A DNA stretch of 64,000 bases. It comes from Candidatus Omnitrophota bacterium (GTDB lineage Bacteria > Omnitrophota > Gorgyraeia > Zapsychrales > JANLHA01). Made by a program: the position numbers and the translations under genes. Shown here in pieces: positions 55,426 to 63,418 of this stretch. A model generated the notes under the pieces. It did no database searches. It worked only from the letters and a program-made list of their open reading frames with translations, and was not told the DNA's origin. The DNA lies in contig JAKLFA010000002.1 in NCBI GenBank assembly GCA_022711395.1, positions 3,864-67,863 of the forward strand. Direction: 5' to 3'. The first letter of the stretch is position 1. Every line of letters starts with the position of its first letter.

Positions 55426-57180
55426 CTATGGTTTGTAGACGGTGATGATCTCGTCCGTGTAGAATATCGGAATGCGGAGGCTTTGAAGAAAGTAGTTCGC
55501 CCTGTCGTTCTCCAGGATGATGAATTTTATTTCGAGATCGTGAAGGGCCGTTTTTGTTAATGCCCTGGTTCTTTCATGACTGTAGGCATCTGTGATGGCC
55601 TCGAAAGGATACGAGTAAAGGAAAAGATGTTTAAGGGCGGGGTTTAAAATGTCGTGATACGCCGAAAACGGCGTCCTGGAAAGATAGCCGCCCATCATTT
55701 TTTTATTGTGCAGCGTCTGATAATAGAGGGCCCTGGGTGTGTTATGGGGCAGATAGATCACGCCATAATCTTCCGTGTCCTGCCGCATGGTTTCAAAAAA
55801 AGGCGAACCCGGAAAGGATGTCATGAGATAAGGCAGGGACGCGTATTCAGCCAGGACAGCAAAGAGAAGAGCGATAAAAACAGTTTTCTGTTTGTGGCCG
55901 GCCGGAACGGAGAGGCGCAGGGCTTTTATCCCGAAGGCGGAGAGCAGGGACAGGCAGAACATGAGCATGATGAGGAACCGCGCCGGCATCCCTGTGAACT
56001 TGAAAAAGAAAAGGTTGTCGTAGAGGATCTTATACGGGAGCGTGATAGAGGTGTGAACGCCGCCTTTGAGGTGCGGGTTGATCCCTAAAGAAAGGATCAA
56101 GAAAACGGCGCTGCAGATCGTAAGGAACGTGATCAGGCGGTCTTTTTTCCGCAGGCGGACAAAGGCGATGGCCGACAGCAAGAGGACGCTGTAGCCGATG
56201 TAGTTGCTGTTTTCGGCTGTGTTGCCCGTAAACTGGGAGGTGATGTCAGCAAACGCCTTGAAGCGGCCCAGGTTTTGGATGGCGCCGGGAATAAAATAGC
56301 TCAGGATATCGGCTGAAAATATTTGAGGGTCGTGAGCGCCGATAAATTGTGTTGTGAGGGCCGCTCTCAACAAAATGAAAAAGATCGGGGAAAGTATGAT
56401 CAGCGTCCCGGTGAAGATCAGGGCTGTTTTCAGGGCGGCTTTCGCCAACAGTGATCTGTCGGTGAACAAAATAAAAATAAGGTATAACAGAACGAAAATG
56501 GTGCAGAAAACGAGGTAGTACCAGTTGCAGAACGAGGTCAGGATAAGAAAGAGCGCGGCGAAGACCATGTCCGATCTGTTTTCAGCATTGATGGATTTTA
56601 AAAAGAACAGCGCGAAAAAAGGAATGAACTGCGTGCTGACCAGGCTCAGATGGCCCAGGCTGTGGCCCATTCTGTAAGGGCAGAAAACGAAGATGCATCC
56701 CGCCAGGAAAGCGGCCGGTTTATCTTTTGTGAGATAGAGAGCCAGAAGATACATGCCGAGGCCGGACAGGACAAACGATACCAGGAACATGGTGTTATAC
56801 GCGGCAAAGAGATTGAACATCCGCTGAAGAGGGATGGAAAGCCCGCTGTTAAAAAAGCTCATATCGTTAAACGCCAGAGTAACGCCTTTCGGATAGAACA
56901 GATAGTCTGTTTGGAAAGGGCTGCCGACATGCTCAGTCAGCGTTTTATTCATCCACCACATGTTCCAGGCATGCTGCCAGCTGTCGCCTTTATTGCCGAT
57001 CAAGTGCGTGGAAAAGTGTGCCGCCAGAGGGAAGGTCATCAGGAGTGTGAGGGCCAGAAACAGGACCGAAACAAGGGCCAGTTCTTTCATTTTTGCCAGC
57101 GCGGTATTGGGGGGCGTGTTATGAATGTTCATAACATTTTGAATTATAGCACTATTTTTCCCTTTCCATTTGCTTTTCAT
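55426..57180 (-). CDS. large polytopic membrane protein (possible GT-C-type glycosyltransferase/YfhO-like)
   Basis: 584 aa, >12 TM helices; no confident motif. Confidence 0.4.
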   Translation of the reverse strand: MKSKWKGKNSAIIQNVMNIHNTPPNTALAKMKELALVSVLFLALTLLMTFPLAAHFSTHLIGNKGDSWQHAWNMWWMNKTLTEHVGSPFQTDYLFYPKGVTLAFNDMSFFNSGLSIPLQRMFNLFAAYNTMFLVSFVLSGLGMYLLALYLTKDKPAAFLAGCIFVFCPYRMGHSLGHLSLVSTQFIPFFALFFLKSINAENRSDMVFAALFLILTSFCNWYYLVFCTIFVLLYLIFILFTDRSLLAKAALKTALIFTGTLIILSPIFFILLRAALTTQFIGAHDPQIFSADILSYFIPGAIQNLGRFKAFADITSQFTGNTAENSNYIGYSVLLLSAIAFVRLRKKDRLITFLTICSAVFLILSLGINPHLKGGVHTSITLPYKILYDNLFFFKFTGMPARFLIMLMFCLSLLSAFGIKALRLSVPAGHKQKTVFIALLFAVLAEYASLPYLMTSFPGSPFFETMRQDTEDYGVIYLPHNTPRALYYQTLHNKKMMGGYLSRTPFSAYHDILNPALKHLFLYSYPFEAITDAYSHERTRALTKTALHDLEIKFIILENDRANYFLQSLRIPIFYTDEIITVYKP

Positions 57181-57204
57181 CTGGTTTTCATTTAATCTTA
57201 GTCT

Positions 57205-58431
57205 ATGTTAAAAAAGATCCTGGTCACTGGTGGCGCTGGTTTTATCGGTTCACACACGGTTGTGGAACTGGCCAATGCCGGTTATGAGCCGGTGATCGTG
57301 GATAATTTCAGCAATTCCAGCCGCGGCGTCCTTAAAAACCTCAAAAAGATCCTCGCCCGTGAAGTCACCTGTTATGATGGCGACTGCTGTGACCGTTTGT
57401 TTCTTGAACAGGTTTTTACCAAAGAGAAAAATATTCAGGGAGCGATCCATTTCGCGGCGCTCAAGGCGGTGGGGGAGTCGGTCAAAGAGCCGCTCTTGTA
57501 TTACCGTAACAATATCGATTCGCTGCTCGTCTTGCTGGACGTGATGAAGGAGTATGGCGCACAGCTGTTCGTGTTTTCTTCATCGGCGACTGTTTACGGC
57601 GCGGCGGACCGGCTGCCGGTCACCGAAGAAACTCCGCTTAAGCCTGCGGAATGCCCGTATGGCGTGACCAAGCAGGTGGGAGAGCAGATCGTGCGGGACG
57701 CGGTCACAGCCGGTTACGGCTTAAAGGCGGTTTCTTTGAGGTATTTCAATCCGATCGGCGCGCACGAAACCGCCCTGATCGGAGAACTTCCGATCGGCGT
57801 GCCCAAAAACCTGGTTCCCTATGTCACCCAGGTCGCTGCCGGCCTGTTGCCGGAGCTGACCGTGCACGGCAATGATTATTCGACACCGGACGGGACTCCT
57901 ATCCGTGATTATATCCATGTCCTTGATTTGAGTGCGGCCCATGTCGCGGCGTTGAAATATTTAACTAAGACACTAGGACACTATGACACTAAGGCACTAA
58001 GAAACAAAAACGCTGAGGCACTAAGACACTGTGACACTAAAAAATCAGATGTTACGAGTGCCATAGCTCTGCGGAATTCGCAGAATTCCTCAGAATTAGT
58101 CCCCGGAGGGATGTCTGAGTGTCATAGTGCCGATGGTTTGAGTGCCTTAGTGCCTGAGTGTCTCAGTGCCTCAGTTGGTTATGATGTCTTCAATCTCGGC
58201 ACCGGCAAAGGCAACAGCGTGATGGAAGTGATCTCGACATTTGAAAAGGCCACCGGCGTGAAGCTCAAATATAAGATCGGCCCGCGCCGTCCCGGGGACA
58301 TTGAATCGATCTATGCGGACGCTTCCAAAGCGGAAAAATTACTGGGCTGGAAAGCAAACCGCTCTTTGTCCGACTCATTGAAGAGCGCGTGGGAGTGGCA
58401 GAAGAATATCAGCATAAAGGGTAAAGCGTAA
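57205..58431 (+). CDS. galE: UDP-glucose 4-epimerase with ~70-aa in-frame family-B palindromic insertion
   Basis: Classic GalE N-terminus MLKKILVTGGAGFIGSHTVVEL, the YGVTK (YxxxK) motif and C-terminal FNLGTGKGNSVMEV. Insertion at 57966-58173, between ...AAHVAALKYL and GYDVFNLG, encodes TKTLGHYDTKALRNKNAEALRHCDTKKSDVTSAIALRNSQNSSELVPGGMSECHSADGLSALVPECLSASV. Confidence 0.85.
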   Translation: MLKKILVTGGAGFIGSHTVVELANAGYEPVIVDNFSNSSRGVLKNLKKILAREVTCYDGDCCDRLFLEQVFTKEKNIQGAIHFAALKAVGESVKEPLLYYRNNIDSLLVLLDVMKEYGAQLFVFSSSATVYGAADRLPVTEETPLKPAECPYGVTKQVGEQIVRDAVTAGYGLKAVSLRYFNPIGAHETALIGELPIGVPKNLVPYVTQVAAGLLPELTVHGNDYSTPDGTPIRDYIHVLDLSAAHVAALKYLTKTLGHYDTKALRNKNAEALRHCDTKKSDVTSAIALRNSQNSSELVPGGMSECHSADGLSALVPECLSASVGYDVFNLGTGKGNSVMEVISTFEKATGVKLKYKIGPRRPGDIESIYADASKAEKLLGWKANRSLSDSLKSAWEWQKNISIKGKA

Positions 58432-58445
58432 AGGGCAGGCAAACG

Positions 58446-58787
58446 ATGAAGATCGTTGATAAAAAACTTTCTCGCGAAGATCTGGATCTGATGGCAAAGG
58501 ACATGTTCGGTGATCTGGTCAAAGCCGTCGTCGATGTCGAACGCCAGGTCATTGCGTTAAACGCTGAATTGCATTCAGATCTGGAAGCCCTTCTGCTGGA
58601 GGATGGTTCAGCGCAAAAAAATCTGTGGGGGATCAATCTTTATCCTGCGATGGAAGGAGAGGATTTCATTGAATTTGATTCCATGATCAATATGCGGCCT
58701 TCACAGGGGAATATGAGCCGTGGGGTGGATGATCGGGGCATTCAAAAAAATATCATTGAGATCGTTATGAAACGGATATCAGGATGA
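58446..58787 (+). CDS. hypothetical protein
   Basis: 113-aa ORF immediately after galE; no confident family. Confidence 0.3.
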   Translation: MKIVDKKLSREDLDLMAKDMFGDLVKAVVDVERQVIALNAELHSDLEALLLEDGSAQKNLWGINLYPAMEGEDFIEFDSMINMRPSQGNMSRGVDDRGIQKNIIEIVMKRISG

Positions 58788-59116
58788 TCATTCAGCATAA
58801 AAATTTGAGCGAAGGCCGGTGGCAGAATTTTTCGCTGATGGAGCAGCTGGCCAATATCGGCAGTGAGGTCAGCCGGGCTTTAAATTGGCGCGGTAAAAAT
58901 AATTCTGAATACGCTCAAAAGGCTTCTGGACGGGCCCTGGAACTGCTCGATCTGACTCTTGACCAAAAACAGACATTTGTTCGATACAGAGAATTGTGCC
59001 GGTTAAGAGAAGCATTGGTCGATTATTTTTATGGGGAGAACCAGTTCGCTTCGAGCGAGAGCTTGTGGCGTAAATATTTTGATCATTTTAATTTTGCGTC
59101 AAGAAAAGAAAGATAG
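58784..59116 (+). CDS. hypothetical protein
   Basis: 110-aa ORF translationally coupled to the upstream ORF. Confidence 0.3.
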   Translation: MIIQHKNLSEGRWQNFSLMEQLANIGSEVSRALNWRGKNNSEYAQKASGRALELLDLTLDQKQTFVRYRELCRLREALVDYFYGENQFASSESLWRKYFDHFNFASRKER

Positions 59117-59121
59117 ACCCT

Positions 59122-60042
59122 ATGAAAAAGCATTATCCGTTTTTTCTTTCATTTTTCCTGGTTTTACTGGCATACGTGCCGACGTTCGACTGGATGCGGA
59201 TCCGGTGGTTTTCGGCCAGTTCGTATTACAGCCACGGGGTCCTTGTTCCGTTCGTCGTGGCGTATCTGATCTGGCAGAAGTGGCCGGAAATATTGGAGAC
59301 ACTAAGGCACTGTGACACTAAGACACTGAAAGACACGGAGACGCCACGACACTCAGACACGATGACACTAAAAAACAAAGGCGCTGAGGCGCCAGATGTT
59401 GCAAGTGTCACAGTGTCACAGTGCCCTAGTGCCTTAGGATTACCGTTAATCGTGATAGGGTTATTGGCCCATATCTTCAGTTCCGTGATGCGGGTGGGGT
59501 TCATTTCCGGCTTTTCCATGTGGGTGGTCCTGGCCGGGCTGATCCTGCATTTTTACGGGATGAAAATGTTCAAGACCGTGCTGTTTCCGCTGGTGTTTCT
59601 GCTTTTTATGATCCCGTTGCCTGAACTCATTGTGGTCAATGTTTCGTTCCGGATGAAGATGTTCGCCGCCGGGATCGCGGAGAAGGTCATTAACGCCATG
59701 GGTATTTTGGCGATCAGGGAGGGCAGCGTGATCCGCATGCCCAATGCCTTTGTGGTGGTGGATGATGTCTGTTCGGGCCTGCGCAGCCTGATCTCTCTGA
59801 CGGCGCTGGGAAGTATTTTTGCCTACTGGTTCAAGGGCCCGATGTGGAAGCGCTGGCTGGTGTTTGCCATGACCGCTCCGATCGCGGTGGCCACAAACGT
59901 CTGCCGGGTGGTGCTTTTGTCTTTTGTCGCCGAAGTCTGGGGGCATGAGGCGGCCAGCGGCTTTGTGCACGATCTTTCGGGGTTTAGCGTATTCGCCCTG
60001 GCGTTTCTGATGCTGTTGGCGTTCGGGAAGATGATTGAATGA
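59122..60042 (+). CDS. xrtA: exosortase (EpsH/XrtA-type) with in-frame family-B palindromic insertion
   Basis: N-terminal ...SYYSHGVLVPFVVAYLIW and DDVCSGLRSL (active-site Cys region). Multiple TM helices. Insertion at 59297-59438 encodes ETLRHCDTKTLKDTETPRHSDTMTLKNKGAEAPDVASVTVSQCPSALG. Assignment to the A subtype is inferred from the EpsI gene nearby. Confidence 0.8.
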   Translation: MKKHYPFFLSFFLVLLAYVPTFDWMRIRWFSASSYYSHGVLVPFVVAYLIWQKWPEILETLRHCDTKTLKDTETPRHSDTMTLKNKGAEAPDVASVTVSQCPSALGLPLIVIGLLAHIFSSVMRVGFISGFSMWVVLAGLILHFYGMKMFKTVLFPLVFLLFMIPLPELIVVNVSFRMKMFAAGIAEKVINAMGILAIREGSVIRMPNAFVVVDDVCSGLRSLISLTALGSIFAYWFKGPMWKRWLVFAMTAPIAVATNVCRVVLLSFVAEVWGHEAASGFVHDLSGFSVFALAFLMLLAFGKMIE

Positions 60043-60048
60043 AAACCA

Positions 60049-60097
60049 TGACACTAAGGCACTAAGGCACTAAGGCACTGAGACACTAAGGCACTAA
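60049..60097 (+). repeat. family-B left arm (GACACTAAGGCACTAAGGCACTAAGGCACTGAGACACTAAGGCACTAA)
   Basis: Forms the left half of a giant palindrome whose right half is at 60512-60647; the four-helix-bundle gene lies in the loop. Confidence 0.85.
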
Positions 60098-60147
60098 AAG
60101 AAATCATCCCAAAAGTAATCCCCTAGAGAAATAACACGGAGGATGAA

Positions 60148-60507
60148 ATGGGTGAGCAGGTAGGATATAAAAAACTTTTTGTATGGCAGAAGGCAGATCA
60201 ATTTGCATTTGAGATTTATGGTGCGAGCGAGGGTTTTCCGAGGAAGGAAATGTTTGGTCTGACATCACAGTTGAGGAGAGCGGCTTTATCGATTCCAACA
60301 AATTTGGCAGAAGGTCAGGGCCGGCAGGGCAGGAAAGAGTTCCGGCAATTTGTGAATATTGCATTGGGTTCTGCGACAGAGGTTGAGTATTTGTTAGATT
60401 TTGCGTGTCGTTTAAAGTATTTGGATGAAAAGGCGAGTATCCGATTGCAGGGTCTTCGCAGGGAAGTTAGTTCGCTGTTGTGGAAGTTATTACAAAGTTT
60501 GTCTTAA
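60148..60507 (+). CDS. four-helix-bundle protein (23S rRNA intervening-sequence protein family, TIGR02436-like)
   Basis: 119 aa with ...KADQFAFEIYGASEGFPRKEMFGLTSQLRRAALSIPTNLAEGQGR...ALGSATEVEYLLDFA..., characteristic of this family. Confidence 0.8.
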   Translation: MGEQVGYKKLFVWQKADQFAFEIYGASEGFPRKEMFGLTSQLRRAALSIPTNLAEGQGRQGRKEFRQFVNIALGSATEVEYLLDFACRLKYLDEKASIRLQGLRREVSSLLWKLLQSLS

Positions 60508-60511
60508 TCGG

Positions 60512-60647
60512 TTTTTAGTGTTTTTAGTGCCGTAGTGTCTTAGTGTCACAGTGTCTTGTTTTAGGTTTTCAGTGCCATAGTGCCTTAGTGTCATAGTGTC
60601 TTGTTTTAGGTTTTCAGTGCCATAGTGCCTTAGTGTCCTAGTGTCTT
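60512..60647 (+). repeat. family-B right arm, 2 x [AGTGCCATAGTGCCTTAGTGTCATAGTGTCT + TGTTTTAGGTTTTC]
   Basis: Reverse complement of the octamer array at 60049-60097. Ends 15 bp before the RBS region of epsI. Confidence 0.85.
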
Positions 60648-60665
60648 TTACAGTAAGGATTTTCC

Positions 60666-61304
60666 ATGAAAAAACATTTCTTTTTTATTCTCATTATTAC
60701 GTTGACTATTGTCGCAGGCGCGGTGTCCTGGTCGATGTTTTTGCGGACGCATGATGCGCAGGACACGGTGGATGTGTTCGATTTTCCCATGGTCATAGGA
60801 GAATGGGAATCTGAAAACATCCCGATCTCGGACAATGATTACGCGGTCCTTGAGACGCGCAACGCCTTTGTCCGCATCTACCGCAAGCCCACCGGCGAAG
60901 AGGTGATGCTTTACGTGATCTATTCCCAGACCAACCGCCGCGTGGCGCATCCTCCGGAGATCTGCTACACCGGCGGAGGGTCCACCATTGTGAGCAAATT
61001 CCCTGAAAAGATCGCGACGGACGCTGTCACGGACGGTTCCATCACCGCTAACCGGCTTCTCATTGATTATCCCAATTATCAGCAGATCATGTATTACTGG
61101 TTCAAGGTCGGCAATAGTTACACGGCCAGTTACTGGGCCGGCCAGGCGATGATCGCCTGGAAAAACATGACCGGCCAGTCGTCCAGCAGCGCGTTGATCC
61201 GTTTGACCTCAGTGGTTGAGGATGATGACCAGCAGCGCGCTGTTGATATCATCCGCGGGTTTGCCGCGGAGATCCTGCCGCTTCTTAATCAATACATTCC
61301 ATAA
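60666..61304 (+). CDS. epsI: EpsI-family protein (exosortase-associated)
   Basis: N-terminal TM helix. ...VIGEWES...VIYSQTNRRVAHPPEICYTGGGS matches the EpsI signature (HxPExC...G). Confidence 0.75.
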   Translation: MKKHFFFILIITLTIVAGAVSWSMFLRTHDAQDTVDVFDFPMVIGEWESENIPISDNDYAVLETRNAFVRIYRKPTGEEVMLYVIYSQTNRRVAHPPEICYTGGGSTIVSKFPEKIATDAVTDGSITANRLLIDYPNYQQIMYYWFKVGNSYTASYWAGQAMIAWKNMTGQSSSSALIRLTSVVEDDDQQRAVDIIRGFAAEILPLLNQYIP

Positions 61305-61308
61305 AGCG

Positions 61309-61505
61309 GGCACTAAGGCACTAAGGCACTAAGGCACTAAGGCACTAAGGCACTAAGGCACTAAGGCACTAAGGCACTAAGGCACTAAGGCACTAAGGCA
61401 CTAAGGCACTAAGGCACTAAGGCATTGGTATCTTAGTGACTAGGTTTTAAGGGTTTAAGGTTTTTAGTGTCTCAGTGTCATAGTGTCCTAGTGTCTTGTT
61501 TTAAG
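61309..61505 (+). repeat. (GGCACTAA) x ~14.5 perfect tandem octamer array followed by inverted family-B arm
   Basis: 61309-61424 is a pure 8-mer array. It is followed by GGTTTTAAGGGTTTAAGGTTTTTAGTGTCTCAGTGTCATAGTGTCCTAGTGTCTTGTTTTAAG. Confidence 0.95.
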
Positions 61506-61716
61506 CCCGCAACACTTTGTTTATCACCTTAAACACGTATCCGCAACGTTTCCCAGCAATGACAATAATTGTGTCCTATGTTGTCATAGTATATCCAGGT
61601 CTGTCATGATTTATCCATGTAATTTTTGTTGAAATATGTTAGGTGTTAAGGCTTTTTTCGACTTAAAAAAGCTGCTTTTTTGTTTTTTGGAAACGCTTTC
61701 TTGAAAGCGCTTTTTT

Positions 61717-61731
61717 TGGCACGCCTATTGC
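61717..61731 (+). promoter_or_regulatory. sigma-54 (-24/-12) promoter TGGCAC-N5-TTGC
   Basis: TTGGCACgcctaTTGCTA, ~55 nt upstream of the sugar transferase ATG (61784). Confidence 0.6.
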
Positions 61732-61783
61732 TATAACTGTAATACTTGCCGTGAGGCATCAGCTTTGAGAGAGGAAAAAAACG

Positions 61784-62629
61784 ATGTTCAGAACAAGAAA
61801 AAAAGTTAAAAATTTTGCGTCACTTTTGATATTAATCATTGCGGGGCTGTTTGTTACAACAACCGCCTGGGCTGCTGTCACGGTCATGACCGCTGATCAG
61901 GAAAAGAACGGTGTCTATCACTCGGAAGACAGAGGCGTTGCCGGCCCTTCAGATGGAGTGAAATCCCGCGCCCCGGAACCTTCGACCCTGGCGCTGTTCG
62001 CCAGCGGGCTGATGGGGATGATCGTTTCATTTGTCCGTAAGACCTATCATGTGACCAAGCGCATTCTGGATATCGCGGCCGGTGTTTTGGGGTTGGTCGT
62101 TCTTTCTCCGTTGTTTTTGCTCACCGCGGTCCTTATTAAATTGACGTCCAAGGGGCCGATCTTTTACACCCAGGTCCGGGTGGGAAAAGACGGCGTCCCG
62201 TTTAAAATGTATAAATTCCGCACGATGCGCACGGATGCCGAAATGGGCACCGGTGCTGTCTGGGCCAAAGAAAATGATGACCGTATCATTCCGGTCGGAC
62301 GATTTTTACGCAAGGCCCATATTGATGAAATCCCTCAATTTTTAAATATTTTAAAAGGCGATATGTCTTTGATCGGCCCGCGCCCTGAACGGCCGGAATT
62401 CGTGAAGAAGCTTTCGCTGCAGATCCCGGATTATGAAAAGCGCCTGCGCGTGAAGCCCGGTCTGACCGGTTTGGCGCAGGTTTGGCACCGTTATGATGAA
62501 ACGCTTGCGGATGTTCGCAAAAAGGTCAAATATGACCTGATGTATATTAAGAAGGTTTGTCTTTGGACGGACCTCAGGATCTTTTTCAGGACCTTCCGGG
62601 TCGTTGTGACCGGTGAAGGGGCGCATTGA
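61784..62629 (+). CDS. polyprenyl-phosphate sugar phosphotransferase (bacterial sugar transferase, EPS priming enzyme) with an N-terminal signal-peptide + PEP-CTERM-like module
   Basis: C-terminal Bac_transf domain (FKMYKFRTM, DEIPQF, LIGPRPERPEF). The N-terminal 86 aa comprise signal peptide MFRTRKKVKNFASLLILIIAGLFVTTTAWA and APEPSTLALFASGLMGMIVSFVRK. Confidence 0.8.
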   Translation: MFRTRKKVKNFASLLILIIAGLFVTTTAWAAVTVMTADQEKNGVYHSEDRGVAGPSDGVKSRAPEPSTLALFASGLMGMIVSFVRKTYHVTKRILDIAAGVLGLVVLSPLFLLTAVLIKLTSKGPIFYTQVRVGKDGVPFKMYKFRTMRTDAEMGTGAVWAKENDDRIIPVGRFLRKAHIDEIPQFLNILKGDMSLIGPRPERPEFVKKLSLQIPDYEKRLRVKPGLTGLAQVWHRYDETLADVRKKVKYDLMYIKKVCLWTDLRIFFRTFRVVVTGEGAH

Positions 62630-62801
62630 TCTTTAAAGATTTCTCCGGCACGCCCCGGGGGAGAATCATCGCGCGCTTTTAATCTCCTTTGGGCGTGTGA
62701 ATGATGGGACGTGTTTTGCCACAAACATTTTGTGGTCGGCCATGTGCGTCACCCGGGGTCGGAGAAAGTTATTTTGGTGGAACAATAAATTAAGGAAAGA
62801 T

Positions 62802-63416
62802 ATGAAAAATTTTCGCAAATTCAAGGCTAATCGTAAAACGGCGATCATGACCGTCATCGGTCTGATAGCGGCGCTTCTGCTGATTCAGACCGGGGCGAGC
62901 GCGTTGCCGATCTTCAATTCCGACAACGGACATTATTATGACATTGTGGTCAGCCAGGACACGATCTCATGGATCAACGCGAATGCGGCGGCTGAAGCCT
63001 CTGTTTATGAAGGAAAGGCCGGGCATTTGGCCACGATCACATCCCAGGAAGAGCAGGATTGGATCTCCAACAATTTTTTCCCCAGCAATGCGTGGCTGGG
63101 AGGGTTTCAGAACGTGGGATCTCTGGATTATGATGAACCCAACGGCGGTTGGGAATGGGTGACCGGCGAGCCTTTTTCTTACAGGAATTGGCAGGACGGA
63201 AGGCCTGATAATGAGAATGAGGGAGAGGATTATTTATCGAGCGGGGATGATGATCAGGGATGGGATGACCGCAGCGATGACGATAATGAGATGGACTCTT
63301 ATATAGTGGAATATGAAAGCGACCCGGCCGTAACTGCCACACCGGAACCGATGAGCTTGGTTCTGTTGGGGGGAGGGTTGTTCGGTTTGGCAGGGTTGAA
63401 AAGGAGAAAAGCATAA
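62802..63416 (+). CDS. PEP-CTERM protein with C-type-lectin-like domain
   Basis: Signal peptide. CTLD-like GHLATITSQEEQDWIS...AWLGGF...GGWEWVTGEPFSYRNWQDGRPDN. C-terminal TPEPMSLVLLGGGLFGLAGLKRRKA. Confidence 0.85.
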   Translation: MKNFRKFKANRKTAIMTVIGLIAALLLIQTGASALPIFNSDNGHYYDIVVSQDTISWINANAAAEASVYEGKAGHLATITSQEEQDWISNNFFPSNAWLGGFQNVGSLDYDEPNGGWEWVTGEPFSYRNWQDGRPDNENEGEDYLSSGDDDQGWDDRSDDDNEMDSYIVEYESDPAVTATPEPMSLVLLGGGLFGLAGLKRRKA

Positions 63417-63418
63417 CA

